Assembly: GCA_040220235.1 (NCBI GenBank)
Contig: JAVJTO010000102.1
Strand: one strand, 5' to 3'
Source of the DNA: Coleofasciculus sp. B1-GNL1-01
GTDB lineage: Bacteria > Cyanobacteriota > Cyanobacteriia > Cyanobacteriales > Coleofasciculaceae
DNA length: 64,000 nucleotides
The position numbers and the translations under genes were made by a program. How positions within the stretch are numbered: the stretch's first letter is position 1; each line of letters starts with the position of its first letter. The notes under the pieces are model-generated. The model was not told where the DNA came from and did no database searches. It saw only the letters and a program-made list of their open reading frames with translations. Positions 8,440 to 20,150 of the stretch are shown here, one piece after another.

Positions 8440-9873
8440 TTAAGTTGGTGCAGGCAATAATACTGTAAACACACTCCCTTGACTCAGTTGCGATCGCACG
8501 CTAACTTGACCCCCCATTCCTTCTACCAAAGTCTTCACAATCGATAAGCCTAAACCTGTCCCTCCAGGCGAACGGGCGCGATTCTCATCCCCGCGATAAA
8601 ATCTCTCAAAGATACGAGATTGCTGCGCTAAGGGGATACCTTGTCCGCGATCGCACACCTGAATCCTGACTTGTTCCCCCGCTTGGTCTAAGGTTACGGT
8701 AACCGGTTGATCGGGATTAGAATATTTTACCGCATTGTCAATTAAATTCAGCAACACTTGCTTAAGGCGATCGCGATCGGCTAACACTTCAATCACGTCA
8801 CTTGTGCTATCACGATGAATCACTCGATTACTATATTGTGCCGCCATCTCTACGACTTCAGCCACCAAATCATTCAGCACAAACGGTTCTAAATTAAAAT
8901 GCATTCTGCCATGATCAACCCGGGCTAAGTCTAATAAATCTTGTAACAGTTGCACCGTGCGATCGGCTTCTGAGGCGGCAATTCCTAAGGCTTCCTGCTG
9001 AGGTGGGGTTAAGTTTTTCCCGCGCCGTAATGTACTTTGCAGATAGCCAGAAACAATCGTCAACGGCGTTCGCAATTCATGGGAAACATTACTGACAAAT
9101 TGCCGCTGTTGTTCCCACGCCTCAAACAGGCGGTTTAACATATTATCAAACGTTTGCGCTAATTCTTTCACCTCACTCGGCGCTTTATCCAGATGCAGCC
9201 GCGCTTGTCCTAAATCGTCAGCGGAAATGGTTTGGGTGAGTTGACTCATCTGACATAACGGTTGTAGCGATCGCTTAATATAAAAGGAAATGACCACAAT
9301 CATGACGGTAATGGAGAGCAAGCTGGCAATACCCAAGGTGCGAATCAAACTCAAAAACATGGTTTGTTCGCTGGTAATATCCTTTGCCACATAAATCTTA
9401 CCCAACCGTTCACCCTGCACCTGTAAGGGAGTACCACACGCGATCCAATACCGTCCGTTCACCCGATAGAGTTTAGGAATTAGGGGTATCTTTGAGGATA
9501 ATAAATTATTGGTGGGATTAAGCTGTAAGGCTGAGGATTGAGCCGGAATTGAGCCATCAGAACGACGCACCCATAACAGCGTATCCCCCGTAGTTAAGTT
9601 TTCAATCGCCTTTTGCATCCCTGTTTCTAGGGACATAATCTCACTATAAAGTTCTACATCATCGGGGAAGCGATCGCTAAGATATTGAATATGATGTTTT
9701 TGGGCTTTAATCAGGATTTGCTGCATGTACCAACTCGTCCAGATGGCAACAGCACTTAATCCCGTAATCGACACTGCTGCAATGCCTACCGTTAATCGCA
9801 CCTGGAGTGAAAAAAGGTCAAATTTGGGTAAGGCTTGACATAAGAATTTGAATAGACGGCTGGAAAATTTCAT
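8440..9873 (-). CDS. Membrane sensor histidine kinase (HAMP, HisKA, HATPase)
   Basis: H-box VSHELRTPL, N-box NLIDNAVKYS, G-box GGTGLGLSIV and two TM segments. Start uncertain (9873 or up to 9996). Confidence 0.92.
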   Translation of the reverse strand: MKFSSRLFKFLCQALPKFDLFSLQVRLTVGIAAVSITGLSAVAIWTSWYMQQILIKAQKHHIQYLSDRFPDDVELYSEIMSLETGMQKAIENLTTGDTLLWVRRSDGSIPAQSSALQLNPTNNLLSSKIPLIPKLYRVNGRYWIACGTPLQVQGERLGKIYVAKDITSEQTMFLSLIRTLGIASLLSITVMIVVISFYIKRSLQPLCQMSQLTQTISADDLGQARLHLDKAPSEVKELAQTFDNMLNRLFEAWEQQRQFVSNVSHELRTPLTIVSGYLQSTLRRGKNLTPPQQEALGIAASEADRTVQLLQDLLDLARVDHGRMHFNLEPFVLNDLVAEVVEMAAQYSNRVIHRDSTSDVIEVLADRDRLKQVLLNLIDNAVKYSNPDQPVTVTLDQAGEQVRIQVCDRGQGIPLAQQSRIFERFYRGDENRARSPGGTGLGLSIVKTLVEGMGGQVSVRSQLSQGSVFTVLLPAPT

Positions 9874-10077
9874 CGGAGTGTTGATCGAACTATCATGGTT
9901 AAATACATCCCATTTGAGAGTTGAGCTTTGGCTATTTCTCTTCAAAAGGGATGCATCGGGGAAACTGGGTTTACTTTCAGTTAATCCGATGATCATTAAA
10001 TAAAGATGATTTTTTCCTGATAGATAGATGAGTTTTATTCGTTATGTTGGGGAATAGGGAACCGGGAACGGGGAACA

Positions 10078-10483
10078 GTGACAGGATGAGACAGGGCGGG
10101 TTTTGGTCGAAATATTATCGGTTTCACTATTAATTTTGTTCCTAAACCCGCCCCTACATTCCATCTTATTTATCAATATTCTATTTATCAATAGAACCGA
10201 AAATCGAAATTGGATCGGAAAATAGACCCGATTTTCCGGCGCGTCACCTTACCTTGCCGATATTAACATTCCACATCGGTAGGGGCGGGTTTAGGGATTC
10301 AATCGGGAAACCCACCTCAAACCCAACAACGAAACCCGCCCTATTCCCCACCTACAATTAATCCCTAACCCGATATGTTTTACACCGCGATCGCGCTAAA
10401 GTGACAGGAGGAGACAGGGCGGGTTTTGGTCGAAAGGTTATGGGTTTCACTATTATTTTTGTTCCTAAACCCGCCCCTACATT
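10078..10483. repeat. Three long-loop REPs (GTAGGGGCGGGTTTAGG-N~36-AAACCCGCCCT)
   Basis: Copies at 10093-10157 (-), 10279-10342 (+) and 10416-10480 (-). The first and third form an ~83 bp direct repeat. Confidence 0.8.
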
Positions 10484-10513
10484 AAGGCTTATCTGTCGAT
10501 CCTCGCCAAACAA

Positions 10514-12934
10514 TCAACGCTTCAGATGTTCTTCTAACAACTGTTGGGCGCGAGGCTTATAAATGAGATAGAACAATGACTCAATATACCGCAACAAATC
10601 CTCCCGTTTTTCTTTCGAGGTGTAATTCCAAAACCCATAAATCCGCGCCAAGGATAACAGGCGGCTGGTGTGAATCTTCCAGGTATAAGTACTGTACACC
10701 CGTTCCATTCCCTGATTGGAAATCTCTAACCAATAATCGGGATTTTGTTCACATTTAGAGAGAAAATCCAAAATCTTCTCAGCCGTCTCTTCCAGATTCG
10801 TGGGGTTAATTAAGAACCCATTCACCTTATCCTGAATAATCTCCAACGGACCCCCAAACTGGGTGCCAAACGTTGGTAACCCGGAAATCATCGCTTCTAA
10901 AATCGTCAAACCAAACGCTTCAAACAGTGCAGGTTGAACAAAAATTCCTCGGTGATCCGCAATCACGCGATAGATTTCCCCGGAATCCCGCTTCGGTAAG
11001 CGCACGCCTAACCAGCGAATTTTCCCATGTAAATTGTACTCGTCGATCAGACGATAGAGTTTAACAATTTCATCCCGTTCTTCGTTATCTGTCGAGTCTT
11101 CCGTGCGTAATTTCCCGGCGACGAAAATCAGGTTACACTGCTCTTGTAACGCTTTACTCTTACCAAAACACTCCGTTAACCCGGTGAGATTTTTAATCCG
11201 GTCAAGACGCGCTATTGAGAAGAGAGGACGCTTTGTCGGATCATCTAACTTACCATAGACTTGAGACGGATCATCTAAAGTAAACAGTAACTCCTCTAAC
11301 CGTTCACAATCGCGAGGCACCCGATCCTGACTCCGAGTATACGGGAAGTAAACCTGTTCATTCACTCCCGGCGGCACCACATTAAACTTAGGTGAAAATA
11401 ACTCAATTCCATTCACCACATGATACAAATCCGGCATGGTAAAATTCTGGTAGGATTCATACTGACCCACACTATCCGGCTTACCGACAATCTCTTGATA
11501 GGTACTGCTGATAATAAAGTTTGCCGCATTCATGGCAATCAAATCAGCCGTAAATTGAATCGAGAAATGATATTGGTCTTCTAATTCCTGCCAGTAGAGA
11601 TTACTGAATAGGTATTTAGACTTTTCCAAGGCGTGAGCGACAATACACTGGGTTACATCCATGCGGCGAGACAGGAGAAATGCCACCAAATTGCCGTCTG
11701 AATAGTTGCCAACAATGAAATCAGGAACCCCTTGAAATTCTGCCCGGAGTTCTTTTTCCGCATCAATTGCATACGTTTCCAGATAGGGCCAAATTTCAAA
11801 CCGAGAAATCCAGTTCTGGGTATAGTTGGGATTAAATTCTCGGAAGGGAACCCGCAAGATCCAAGCATTATCCGTGCCATGAACTTTTTCTAGGCGTTCG
11901 TTGCAGCGTGTGCCATCATTGTTGGGAATTAACCGGGATAAGATAATAACTTTGGGCTTGACATTTAGCAACTCTAACCCAGCCAGTTTAATATCTTCTT
12001 GCAGTTGCTTTTCCAAACTCCGAGCCTGATCCAGGACATAAACCACTTGACCCCCGGTATCGGGACGCCCTAAAACGCCTTCTTGTCCAAACCACCCATG
12101 AATTGAAACTAAGACAATCCGGAAAATCATCGGGATACGGGACAGAAATTCTTCTAATCCCTGGTGATCGGGAGAATCAATCAGTTCATCCAGGATTTCT
12201 AGGGTTTCTCGGACGCGACTGGCGGTATTCCCCCAACCTGCTTCAAACCCCATGTCTTGCAGCTTGAAACGAAAACTTTCATAAGGTTCATTCTCGGCGC
12301 GATCGCTAACAAATCCCAGGGCTAATTTTACCTGATCAGAAAGCTGCTGTTGGCTTTTAATCCGCCCGTTAATTAGCAGTTGAGTCCCTTGTACTTCATG
12401 GAGACTGAGGAAATTAAATAACGATTCTTGCCATTGGCGCGGATCTTGAAACAGTTTACTGGATAGGAAGCGATTCAGGAACTGAACTCCCTTACCAATG
12501 TTTTTCGAGTCCCGAATAATCGGACTATAATCATAAAAGGGTTTAAAATCCAGTTCCAGGACATCCCCTTCATTGGGACGATAATGATTGACAAAGCGAT
12601 CGCGCACATCGAGCAGTTGTTGAATCGCGATCGGCTCAACGGTTAAGTCTTCTAGAATTTGAAACGCTTCTTGTTCGGCAATCTTGGGTCGGATGATTAG
12701 ATAAAGACTTTCTTCATCGAGGATAATTTCCTGGGTGTAATAAATCAGTCGTCCTAGATTCGAGGAATGATAAAAATAGTCCGGTTTTTGTTGGTCAGCG
12801 CAGTATTTACTAAAGTCAGACAGAATATCGTTTCGCAGTAGATACCGTGGACCAGATTGTTTTAATTGGCTAGCAAATTGACGTAAATCATTGCGTTCTT
12901 CACAATCGAGTACATTCTGGATTAAATTGAGCAT
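10514..12934 (-). CDS. susA: Sucrose synthase
   Basis: 806 aa with GRPDTGGQVVYVLDQ, AHALEKSKY and EAFGLTILEAM. Confidence 0.95.
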   Translation of the reverse strand: MLNLIQNVLDCEERNDLRQFASQLKQSGPRYLLRNDILSDFSKYCADQQKPDYFYHSSNLGRLIYYTQEIILDEESLYLIIRPKIAEQEAFQILEDLTVEPIAIQQLLDVRDRFVNHYRPNEGDVLELDFKPFYDYSPIIRDSKNIGKGVQFLNRFLSSKLFQDPRQWQESLFNFLSLHEVQGTQLLINGRIKSQQQLSDQVKLALGFVSDRAENEPYESFRFKLQDMGFEAGWGNTASRVRETLEILDELIDSPDHQGLEEFLSRIPMIFRIVLVSIHGWFGQEGVLGRPDTGGQVVYVLDQARSLEKQLQEDIKLAGLELLNVKPKVIILSRLIPNNDGTRCNERLEKVHGTDNAWILRVPFREFNPNYTQNWISRFEIWPYLETYAIDAEKELRAEFQGVPDFIVGNYSDGNLVAFLLSRRMDVTQCIVAHALEKSKYLFSNLYWQELEDQYHFSIQFTADLIAMNAANFIISSTYQEIVGKPDSVGQYESYQNFTMPDLYHVVNGIELFSPKFNVVPPGVNEQVYFPYTRSQDRVPRDCERLEELLFTLDDPSQVYGKLDDPTKRPLFSIARLDRIKNLTGLTECFGKSKALQEQCNLIFVAGKLRTEDSTDNEERDEIVKLYRLIDEYNLHGKIRWLGVRLPKRDSGEIYRVIADHRGIFVQPALFEAFGLTILEAMISGLPTFGTQFGGPLEIIQDKVNGFLINPTNLEETAEKILDFLSKCEQNPDYWLEISNQGMERVYSTYTWKIHTSRLLSLARIYGFWNYTSKEKREDLLRYIESLFYLIYKPRAQQLLEEHLKR

Positions 12935-13140
12935 TACAATGTCCCAAGCAGAAATTCAAACAGGATAGACGTCGGGAGATATGACTCCGGAAAAACGCCC
13001 TACTCCAAAGCGGTAACAGCAGAGTAACCACTTTTTTTCGGGCGCGGGGTAACAGGGGTAATTGAACAGGTCAGTGAATAAACACCTTGCTGCACGAGTG
13101 CTTTATACGGTTGAGCCACCCAGAAAAAAGCAAGCAATCT

Positions 13141-14664
13141 TTACAAATCGTAAAGCTGCCCATACTTTTGCCGGATATAACGGATGAATGGGGCGATGTG
13201 CAAATCTGCACCCGTGACGCCCTTGATTAATTCAGCCGCTGTGTACTTGCAACCGTGTTGGTATATGTTTTCTCTTAACCAATTATGCAAGGTACTGAAT
13301 TGTCCTTGCTCAATGTTAGCTAAGATTTCTGGATGAGCGGCTAAGGCGGCTTCAAAAAATTGGCTGCTCATCAAGTTGCCCAGGGTGTAGCATTGGAACA
13401 TGCCCCCAATTTGACTGGTATACCAGTGAACATCTTGCAGAACGCCATCCATATCCGTTTCGGGGACAATGCCTAAATCAGACCGATACCGTTCTCTCCA
13501 GGCTTCCGGTAAGTCTCGGACGGCTAATTTCCCTTCTAGCAAGTCCAGTTCTAAGTCAAAGCGAATCATCACATGGAGGTTGTACGTCACCTCATCTGCA
13601 TCTGTGCGAATGAGCGATCGCACGACTTTGTTGATAGCTCGGTAGAATGTCTCTAAGGGAACATCCTTAAGCTGATGGGGAAACGCGGCTTGGAGTTGGG
13701 GATAGAAGAATTGCCAAAAGCCGCGACTGCGCCCGACGATATTTTCCCACAGCCGAGATTGGCTTTCATGAATACCCGCTGAAGTCCCACCCGCTAAGGG
13801 CGTTCCTTCCAAGGTTGGGCTAATCCCTTGTTCATACAACCCATGACCCATTTCATGAATACTACTAAACAGCGCCTGTCCTAAGTCATTGTCGTAGACG
13901 CGAGTGGTAATTCGGACATCCTCTGTAGAGAAGTTAATCATAAAGGGGTGATGGGTTTGATCTTGTCGTCCCCGTTGGAAATCATACCCCAACTGCTCAA
14001 TGATTTTTAAGGTAAAGGCTAACTGATCTTGAGCCGGATAATACTGATGCAAACACCGATCATCCGTCATCGGTTGAGCGGTAATCGCTTCCACAATCGG
14101 CACTAATTCGTCTCGCAACTGGGCAAACAGCGATCGCAAAAAGCCAGCTTGCATCCCATAATCGGCAAAATCAATTAACGGATCAGCAATATGGTCATAT
14201 CCAGGGAAAAAGTTCGCCAATTCCCGGCTCAACTCCAGGGTTTTTTCCAGATAGGGTTCAACAGCCGCAAAATTATTTTCTGGCCGCGCCGCCACCCACG
14301 CCCCATACGTATCGGTGCGATGGCGAGAAAACTTTGCCATAAACGTGGCGGGAACCCGCGCTGCCCGCTCATATTTGCGACGGGTAACCCGCACTAAACT
14401 GGCTTCATCCGAGTCGTAGGGCAAACTGGCTTCTAGGGAGCGTAAGTCCTCTAGAAGCTCACCCATGGCTGGATCAGTAAATTTGCTATGAGAAATTTGT
14501 TGCAACGTTGCTAACTGTCGTCCGCGAGCGGCTGCGCCTTTGGGCGGCATATAGGTTGCCTGATCCCAATACAACAAAGACGCGGCGGCTTCGATATCAT
14601 TAATCTCACTCAGGCGGGTTTTCAGCTCTAGGAGTTTGGTTTCTGTCTTTTCGATAGTCTGCAT
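13141..14664 (-). CDS. Carboxypeptidase, M32 (Taq) family
   Basis: HPF, DVRITT, HEMGH, HESQS, IRTDADE and QDVHW motifs. Confidence 0.95.
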   Translation of the reverse strand: MQTIEKTETKLLELKTRLSEINDIEAAASLLYWDQATYMPPKGAAARGRQLATLQQISHSKFTDPAMGELLEDLRSLEASLPYDSDEASLVRVTRRKYERAARVPATFMAKFSRHRTDTYGAWVAARPENNFAAVEPYLEKTLELSRELANFFPGYDHIADPLIDFADYGMQAGFLRSLFAQLRDELVPIVEAITAQPMTDDRCLHQYYPAQDQLAFTLKIIEQLGYDFQRGRQDQTHHPFMINFSTEDVRITTRVYDNDLGQALFSSIHEMGHGLYEQGISPTLEGTPLAGGTSAGIHESQSRLWENIVGRSRGFWQFFYPQLQAAFPHQLKDVPLETFYRAINKVVRSLIRTDADEVTYNLHVMIRFDLELDLLEGKLAVRDLPEAWRERYRSDLGIVPETDMDGVLQDVHWYTSQIGGMFQCYTLGNLMSSQFFEAALAAHPEILANIEQGQFSTLHNWLRENIYQHGCKYTAAELIKGVTGADLHIAPFIRYIRQKYGQLYDL

Positions 14665-15052
14665 AGTCGGTGGGTGATGCTGTAGTATTGGCTTTAGGAG
14701 ACATTGTTGGAAATGTTTCCCAGATTAGTAAATGTACACCTGACAATCGAAAAGGAGAATCATCCCTAACTGGCAGGGAACGAACAGCTAGGCTGAACTC
14801 TAGGCTCTCACACTGACTCTCGTGCTTAACTACGGTAACTTAACGGCAATGGATACATTCGTTGAGTGATAGCGTTGGAAATGGTTGACCCTGATCCGGT
14901 GGAGAATGATTAAACTATCTCTCTACCTTAATCCATTACGCTTAAGACTTTTGCTGATCGACAGACCAATATTGTGCCATTTCTCTGCGACTTCCGCATT
15001 GGTCGCTGATGCTGTAGTTCTATGAAGTGAAGACAATGTAGCGCTACGCGCC

Positions 15053-15146
15053 AGGGAATAGGCAATAGGCAATAGGCAATAGGGTAATGGGTTATAGAAA
15101 TTTTGTCTCCCAGCTCCCCCAGCTCCCCCAGCTCCCCCATCTCCCC
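15053..15146. repeat. STRR-type short tandem repeats (ggcaata; ctcccccag)
   Basis: Read directly in the sequence. Confidence 0.75.
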
Positions 15147-15773
15147 TTAGGGTTCCCGATACAATTCAGGCATAGGTTCTTTCTCAATCCGATAAATCTT
15201 AAAGCCCCGTTTAATGCAATTATCCAGGGCGTAGGGGCTATCCAGATTGCTGGTATGAATCCAGAGGCGTTGTGTGCCTTTGTTCCAAGCGTAAGCAATC
15301 CCATGGCTGAGTAAATGCTTGCCTAACCCCCGCCCAAGATAGTTTTCGCGCAACCCAAAGTAGACAATTTCTGTCGAGTAGAACCGACCCGACGGTCCCT
15401 CTCGACGCTTGACCAACTCAATGTATCCGGCGGGCGCTCCATTGACATAGAGAACATGAATACTGGTTTCCGAAGCGGTGAGAATCTCTTGCAGTTCTTC
15501 ATCCGAGTAGGATAAGCGATCGCGCCAACGCCAGGGTTTGCCTACGGTACTGTACAGGAAACGATAGAAGGCAACATCAGGCGTATCCATACACATCATT
15601 TTTATCCCATCCGGGTAGTTGAGATACGCCGGACGGAATTGAGTTGGATCAGTCATCTGGAGATAGGTGATCACCAGAGTATCCGGAATAGGTGTTATGG
15701 GAGGAGAGTTCAAAGACACCGGAATTTGAGTGCTGTTGGGACATGTTGCCGCCTGAGAAACCGATACAGCCAT
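15147..15773 (-). CDS. GNAT family N-acetyltransferase
   Basis: YFGLRENYLGRGLGKHLL acetyl-CoA motif; RLWIHTSNLD. Confidence 0.88.
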   Translation of the reverse strand: MAVSVSQAATCPNSTQIPVSLNSPPITPIPDTLVITYLQMTDPTQFRPAYLNYPDGIKMMCMDTPDVAFYRFLYSTVGKPWRWRDRLSYSDEELQEILTASETSIHVLYVNGAPAGYIELVKRREGPSGRFYSTEIVYFGLRENYLGRGLGKHLLSHGIAYAWNKGTQRLWIHTSNLDSPYALDNCIKRGFKIYRIEKEPMPELYREP

Positions 15774-16089
15774 CGCAATTCACAATCTGCTTAACTATTC
15801 ATTAACGTTGGGCGATTTGACCGATGGGGCAGCAGTTTATGACTTACACTGTATTCTACGGTGGAATGATTATGATTAAGGATTGCTCCTGCTGTTTGTT
15901 GCCGAGGTCACATTTTCCACACCGAGTTGATATCACTATCAGGAAATGGCAGTACAGGATACCGATGCTGTCGGTTCAGACAACGCGAGTTTACCCATCA
16001 CTGACTCTCTACAACCCAACTTACCCCAATTTTACGTCTATTTTTCTTCCAGTGTAATTTTAACTCAGGTCAATTCGTATTTATTTAAG

Positions 16090-16131
16090 AATTTATCAGG
16101 AGATTCTTTTTTTTTAAGTATATACAAATAC
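16090..16131 (-). promoter_or_regulatory. Candidate NtcA-activated promoter
   Basis: GTA-N8-TAC at 16118-16131, then exactly 22 nt, then TAAATT (TAN3T) at 16095-16090 on the minus strand. Confidence 0.55.
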
Positions 16132-16296
16132 ATTCTCCCTGAACCCAATCCCTGTTTTCGCCCAAAGTCCATTGGATTTGCTGGCATTTAGGCAATGGCA
16201 GTCAAACCCGGATTGAACTTTAGGCAGTTATTTTGTGATCCGCAACGCCCGATAACGGTTCATTGGTCACCGGACATTGTTGATGCCGATCACTGC

Positions 16297-19200
16297 TTAC
16301 TGAGTCTCGTAAATGTAGTCTTGCAACGCTTTCACATCTAAAGGCTGAGACTTCAAGGAACGAATTGCCCCGGCTGTTGCCTTCGCCCCCGCAATCGTGG
16401 TAACAAGTGGGATTTTGTAAGTCAGTGCGGTGCGCCGAATTAACCGACCATCGGCTTGGGCATCTTCTCCGGTTGGGGTATTAATAATCAACTGGATCTG
16501 CTTATTTTTAATCGCATCCAAGACATGGGGACGCCCTTGATGCAGTTTCAGGATTAAATCAACCTGCAAGCCTTGATCCTTAAGGGCTTGGCGTGTCCCT
16601 TCCGTGGCAATGACAGTAAAGCCCAAGTCCATCAAGTCTCGCACCACCGGGACAACATTGGCTTTATCCCGGTTATTGGTGGAGACAAAAACAGTACCTG
16701 AAAGGGGTAAACGCTGACCGGCGGCTAATTCTGCCTTGGCAAATGCCTTACCAAAGTCTGTATCAATCCCCATCACTTCACCAGTAGACCGCATTTCTGG
16801 TCCGAGGATGACATCGGTACCGGGGAATTTATCAAAGGGCAAGACGGCTTCTTTTACGGCAATGTGCTGGAGTTGAGGTTCGCGAGTTAAACCCAGGGCT
16901 TCTAGGGTTTCTCCTGCCATGATCCGGGACGCCAAAGCCGCTAGAGGGACACCGGTGGCTTTGGAGACATAAGGAACAGTACGCGACGCCCTCGGGTTGG
17001 CTTCCAGGATGTAAACGGTTTCCCCTTGCACCGCAAACTGGATATTCATCAAGCCGATGACTTTCAACTTTGTGGCTAATTGATGGGTACTGGTGCGAAT
17101 CGTTTCCATTGCTGTGGGACTCAGGGAAATAAACGGAACCGAACATGCTGAGTCGCCAGAGTGAATCCCGGCTTGTTCGATATGTTCCATGATGCCACCA
17201 ATCACCACGCGCCCGGTATGATCCGCGATCGCATCCACATCAACTTCAATGGCATTTTCCAAGAATTTATCAATCAGAATCGGGTGTTCCGGTTCAACTT
17301 GCACCGCAAAAGTCATATACCGTTCCAACTCTAGGTCAGAATAGACAATTTCCATTGCCCGTCCACCCAGGACGTAGGAGGGGCGCACTACCACCGGGTA
17401 ACCGATGCGCTTAGCAATGTCCAACGCCTCCTCATAACTGCGGGCGATGCCGTTGGGAGGCTGTTTGATATCCAGTTGGCGCAGGATTTGTTCAAAGCGT
17501 TCCCGATCTTCGGCAATATCAATGGAGTCGGGAGAAGTTCCCCAGATTTTGGTGGGAGCGGAGGTAGGGATTTCGGGATTGTTTAAAAACTCTTGGAGGG
17601 GAACGGCGAGTTTTAATGGAGTTTGACCGCCAAACTGGATGATAATCCCTTCTGGCTTCTCAGTTTCAATGATATTGAGAACGTCTTCTTTGGTCAGGGG
17701 TTCAAAGTAAAGGCGATCGCTGGTGTCGTAGTCTGTGGAAACGGTTTCGGGGTTGGAATTGACCATAATCGTCTCAAACCCTTCTTTGGCGAGGGCATAA
17801 GCCGCATGACAGCAACAGTAGTCAAACTCAATTCCCTGTCCAATCCGGTTGGGTCCCCCACCGAGAATCATCACCTTGCGCTTATCGGAGGGGATGACTT
17901 CGGTTTCTTCTTCGTAGGTGGAATAGTAATAGGGGGTGAGGGCTTCAAATTCGGCGGCGCAGGTATCCACGACTTTATAAACGGCGACAACCCCCAGTTG
18001 CTTACGATAGGTTCGCACCTCATCTTCGCTGGTTTTCGTGGCGAAGGCAATTTGGCGATCGCTATACCCTTGGCGTTTGATATACAAAAGCTGTTCTTTT
18101 GTCAAGTTTTTTAAGGGAGTACGCTTGATGAATTTTTCAGTTTCCAGTAAATCGGCAAACTTATCCAGGAACCAAGGGTCAATCCCGGTGAGTTCATAAA
18201 TTTCTTCCACGGTCATGCCTAACTGTAAAGCATGACGTAGGGTAAAGATGCGATCAGGGTTAGGAGTCCGTAAGCCAGACCGGACTTGTTCCAGGGAGGG
18301 GAGTTTCTCGGCGCGATCGCATCCCCACCCGTAGCGTCCGATTTCCAGAGAACGCAAGGCTTTTTGACAGGATTCTTGGAACGTGCGTCCAATTGCCATG
18401 GCTTCCCCCACGGACTTCATCTGGGTGGTGAGTACGGGTTGGGCGTTGGGGAATTTTTCAAAGGTAAATCGGGGAATTTTGGTCACCACATAGTCAATCG
18501 TGGGTTCAAAGGAGGCGGGGGTTTTCTGAGTGATGTCGTTGGGAATCTCATCCAAGGTGTACCCTACCGCCAACTTCGCTGCAAACTTGGCGATTGGGAA
18601 CCCTGTAGCTTTTGAGGCGAGGGCAGAACTACGGGAGACACGGGGGTTCATTTCAATGACAATCACGTCCCCGGAAACTGGATTGATGGCAAACTGAATA
18701 TTTGAGCCACCCGTTTCCACGCCAATCTCCCGGATAATTTGAATCGAGTAATCCCGGAGTCGCTGATATTCTTTATCAGTGAGGGTTTGGGCGGGGGCGA
18801 CGGTAATCGAGTCCCCCGTGTGGACGCCCATCGGGTCAAGGTTCTCGATTGAACAGATAATGACGACGTTATCGGCGAGATCCCGCATCACCTCTAACTC
18901 ATATTCTTTCCATCCCAGCAGCGACTGTTCTACGATGATTTGAGATACGGGGGAGGCATCTAACCCCGCTTGTGCCATTTCTTCGTATTCTTCCTGGTTA
19001 TAGGCAATGCCGCCGCCTGTCCCGCCTAACGTATAGGCTGGACGAATAATCAGGGGGTAAGTGCCAATGCGTTGGGCAAGGGCTTTGGCTTCATCCAGGT
19101 TACTGGCGATTCCGGAGGGACAGACTGGAATCCCAATGCGTCCCATGGCGTCTTTGAAAAGCTGGCGGTCTTCTGCCATTTCGATGGCATCAAGTTTAGC

Positions 19201-19551
19201 ACCAATGAGATCAACGCCGTATTTATCCAGAACCCCGTTTTTTGCCAGCGTTACGGCAACATTCAAACCCGTCTGACCCCCCATCGTTGGCAATAGGGCG
19301 TCTGGGCGTTCATTGGCAATCACCTTCTCCACAATTTCCGGAGTCAGGGGTTCAATGTAAGTACGGTCTGCGGTGTCTGGGTCGGTCATGATCGTGGCTG
19401 GATTGGAGTTAACCAGTACCACTTCGTAGCCTTCCTGTTGGAGGGCTTTACACGCCTGAGTTCCAGAGTAGTCAAACTCACAGGCTTGTCCAATAACAAT
19501 GGGACCAGAACCCAAGATCAGGATTTTGTGAAGATCGTCGCGGCGAGGCAT
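16297..19551 (-). CDS. carB: Carbamoyl-phosphate synthase large subunit
   Basis: MPRRDD...[17 protein letters not shown]; duplicated ATP-grasp halves and C-terminal MGS domain. Confidence 0.98.
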   Translation of the reverse strand: MPRRDDLHKILILGSGPIVIGQACEFDYSGTQACKALQQEGYEVVLVNSNPATIMTDPDTADRTYIEPLTPEIVEKVIANERPDALLPTMGGQTGLNVAVTLAKNGVLDKYGVDLIGAKLDAIEMAEDRQLFKDAMGRIGIPVCPSGIASNLDEAKALAQRIGTYPLIIRPAYTLGGTGGGIAYNQEEYEEMAQAGLDASPVSQIIVEQSLLGWKEYELEVMRDLADNVVIICSIENLDPMGVHTGDSITVAPAQTLTDKEYQRLRDYSIQIIREIGVETGGSNIQFAINPVSGDVIVIEMNPRVSRSSALASKATGFPIAKFAAKLAVGYTLDEIPNDITQKTPASFEPTIDYVVTKIPRFTFEKFPNAQPVLTTQMKSVGEAMAIGRTFQESCQKALRSLEIGRYGWGCDRAEKLPSLEQVRSGLRTPNPDRIFTLRHALQLGMTVEEIYELTGIDPWFLDKFADLLETEKFIKRTPLKNLTKEQLLYIKRQGYSDRQIAFATKTSEDEVRTYRKQLGVVAVYKVVDTCAAEFEALTPYYYSTYEEETEVIPSDKRKVMILGGGPNRIGQGIEFDYCCCHAAYALAKEGFETIMVNSNPETVSTDYDTSDRLYFEPLTKEDVLNIIETEKPEGIIIQFGGQTPLKLAVPLQEFLNNPEIPTSAPTKIWGTSPDSIDIAEDRERFEQILRQLDIKQPPNGIARSYEEALDIAKRIGYPVVVRPSYVLGGRAMEIVYSDLELERYMTFAVQVEPEHPILIDKFLENAIEVDVDAIADHTGRVVIGGIMEHIEQAGIHSGDSACSVPFISLSPTAMETIRTSTHQLATKLKVIGLMNIQFAVQGETVYILEANPRASRTVPYVSKATGVPLAALASRIMAGETLEALGLTREPQLQHIAVKEAVLPFDKFPGTDVILGPEMRSTGEVMGIDTDFGKAFAKAELAAGQRLPLSGTVFVSTNNRDKANVVPVVRDLMDLGFTVIATEGTRQALKDQGLQVDLILKLHQGRPHVLDAIKNKQIQLIINTPTGEDAQADGRLIRRTALTYKIPLVTTIAGAKATAGAIRSLKSQPLDVKALQDYIYETQ

Positions 19552-19949
19552 AAGTGTCGGTGATTGCGTGACTATTCTTGAATCCTGTTTATTTTATATG
19601 GTTTGAGGGAAATTCGTCGCGGCAGTTATGTTGGGATTTGATGACTTAGGGGAGTTTGGGTAACACAGATTTCTCTGAATTTATTGGGAGGTTAGGGGTG
19701 GGGAGGTGGACTGTTGATAGCACTGATTGCACTGAGGCATTAGTAGAGAGGGGACACAGGATTAAAGGATGATTACGATGGTATCTCGTCTAAGGGCTGA
19801 CTGTGCGATCGCGCTCTGTTTATCCTTAATTCGACCGACAGGCGATCACACTTCATTTCAACCCTAATGCGATCGCACTGTGAAATATCTGATCGGCTGA
19901 TCATTAAGATTGCTATAATCGACTAGATTCTACGGGTTGGAGTCTCTCA

Positions 19950-20150
19950 ATGACATCACTATCAAACCAGCGTCAGATCCGTATTACTAAGGTGGAGATG
20001 AGATCGGCTAAATCGGATGCAGTCTATTGGCATACTCAACCCTATGCGGCGCGTCTGGCGGCATTAGAGTCCATTCGCCAAGAGTTTGTGGGTTGGAAAT
20101 ACGGTGCTAAACCAAGATTTCAAAGAGTTTATACAATCGTTAAACGATAA
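19950..20150 (+). CDS. Small hypothetical protein paired with the nucleotidyltransferase
   Basis: D..YW..QP..ARLAALE.IRQE and RFQRVYTIVKR; RBS-like ggag upstream; overlaps the next gene. Confidence 0.65.
   Translation: MTSLSNQRQIRITKVEMRSAKSDAVYWHTQPYAARLAALESIRQEFVGWKYGAKPRFQRVYTIVKR

Noticed and set aside
10078..10483. CRISPR-like repeat-spacer pattern
   Set aside because: The arms are inverted, the copies alternate in orientation and are irregularly spaced; this is a REP family.
14928..15314. Short ORFs (GELGEL..., PQLPQL..., WGSWGS...)
   Set aside because: Translations of STRR repeats or shadows of the GNAT gene.
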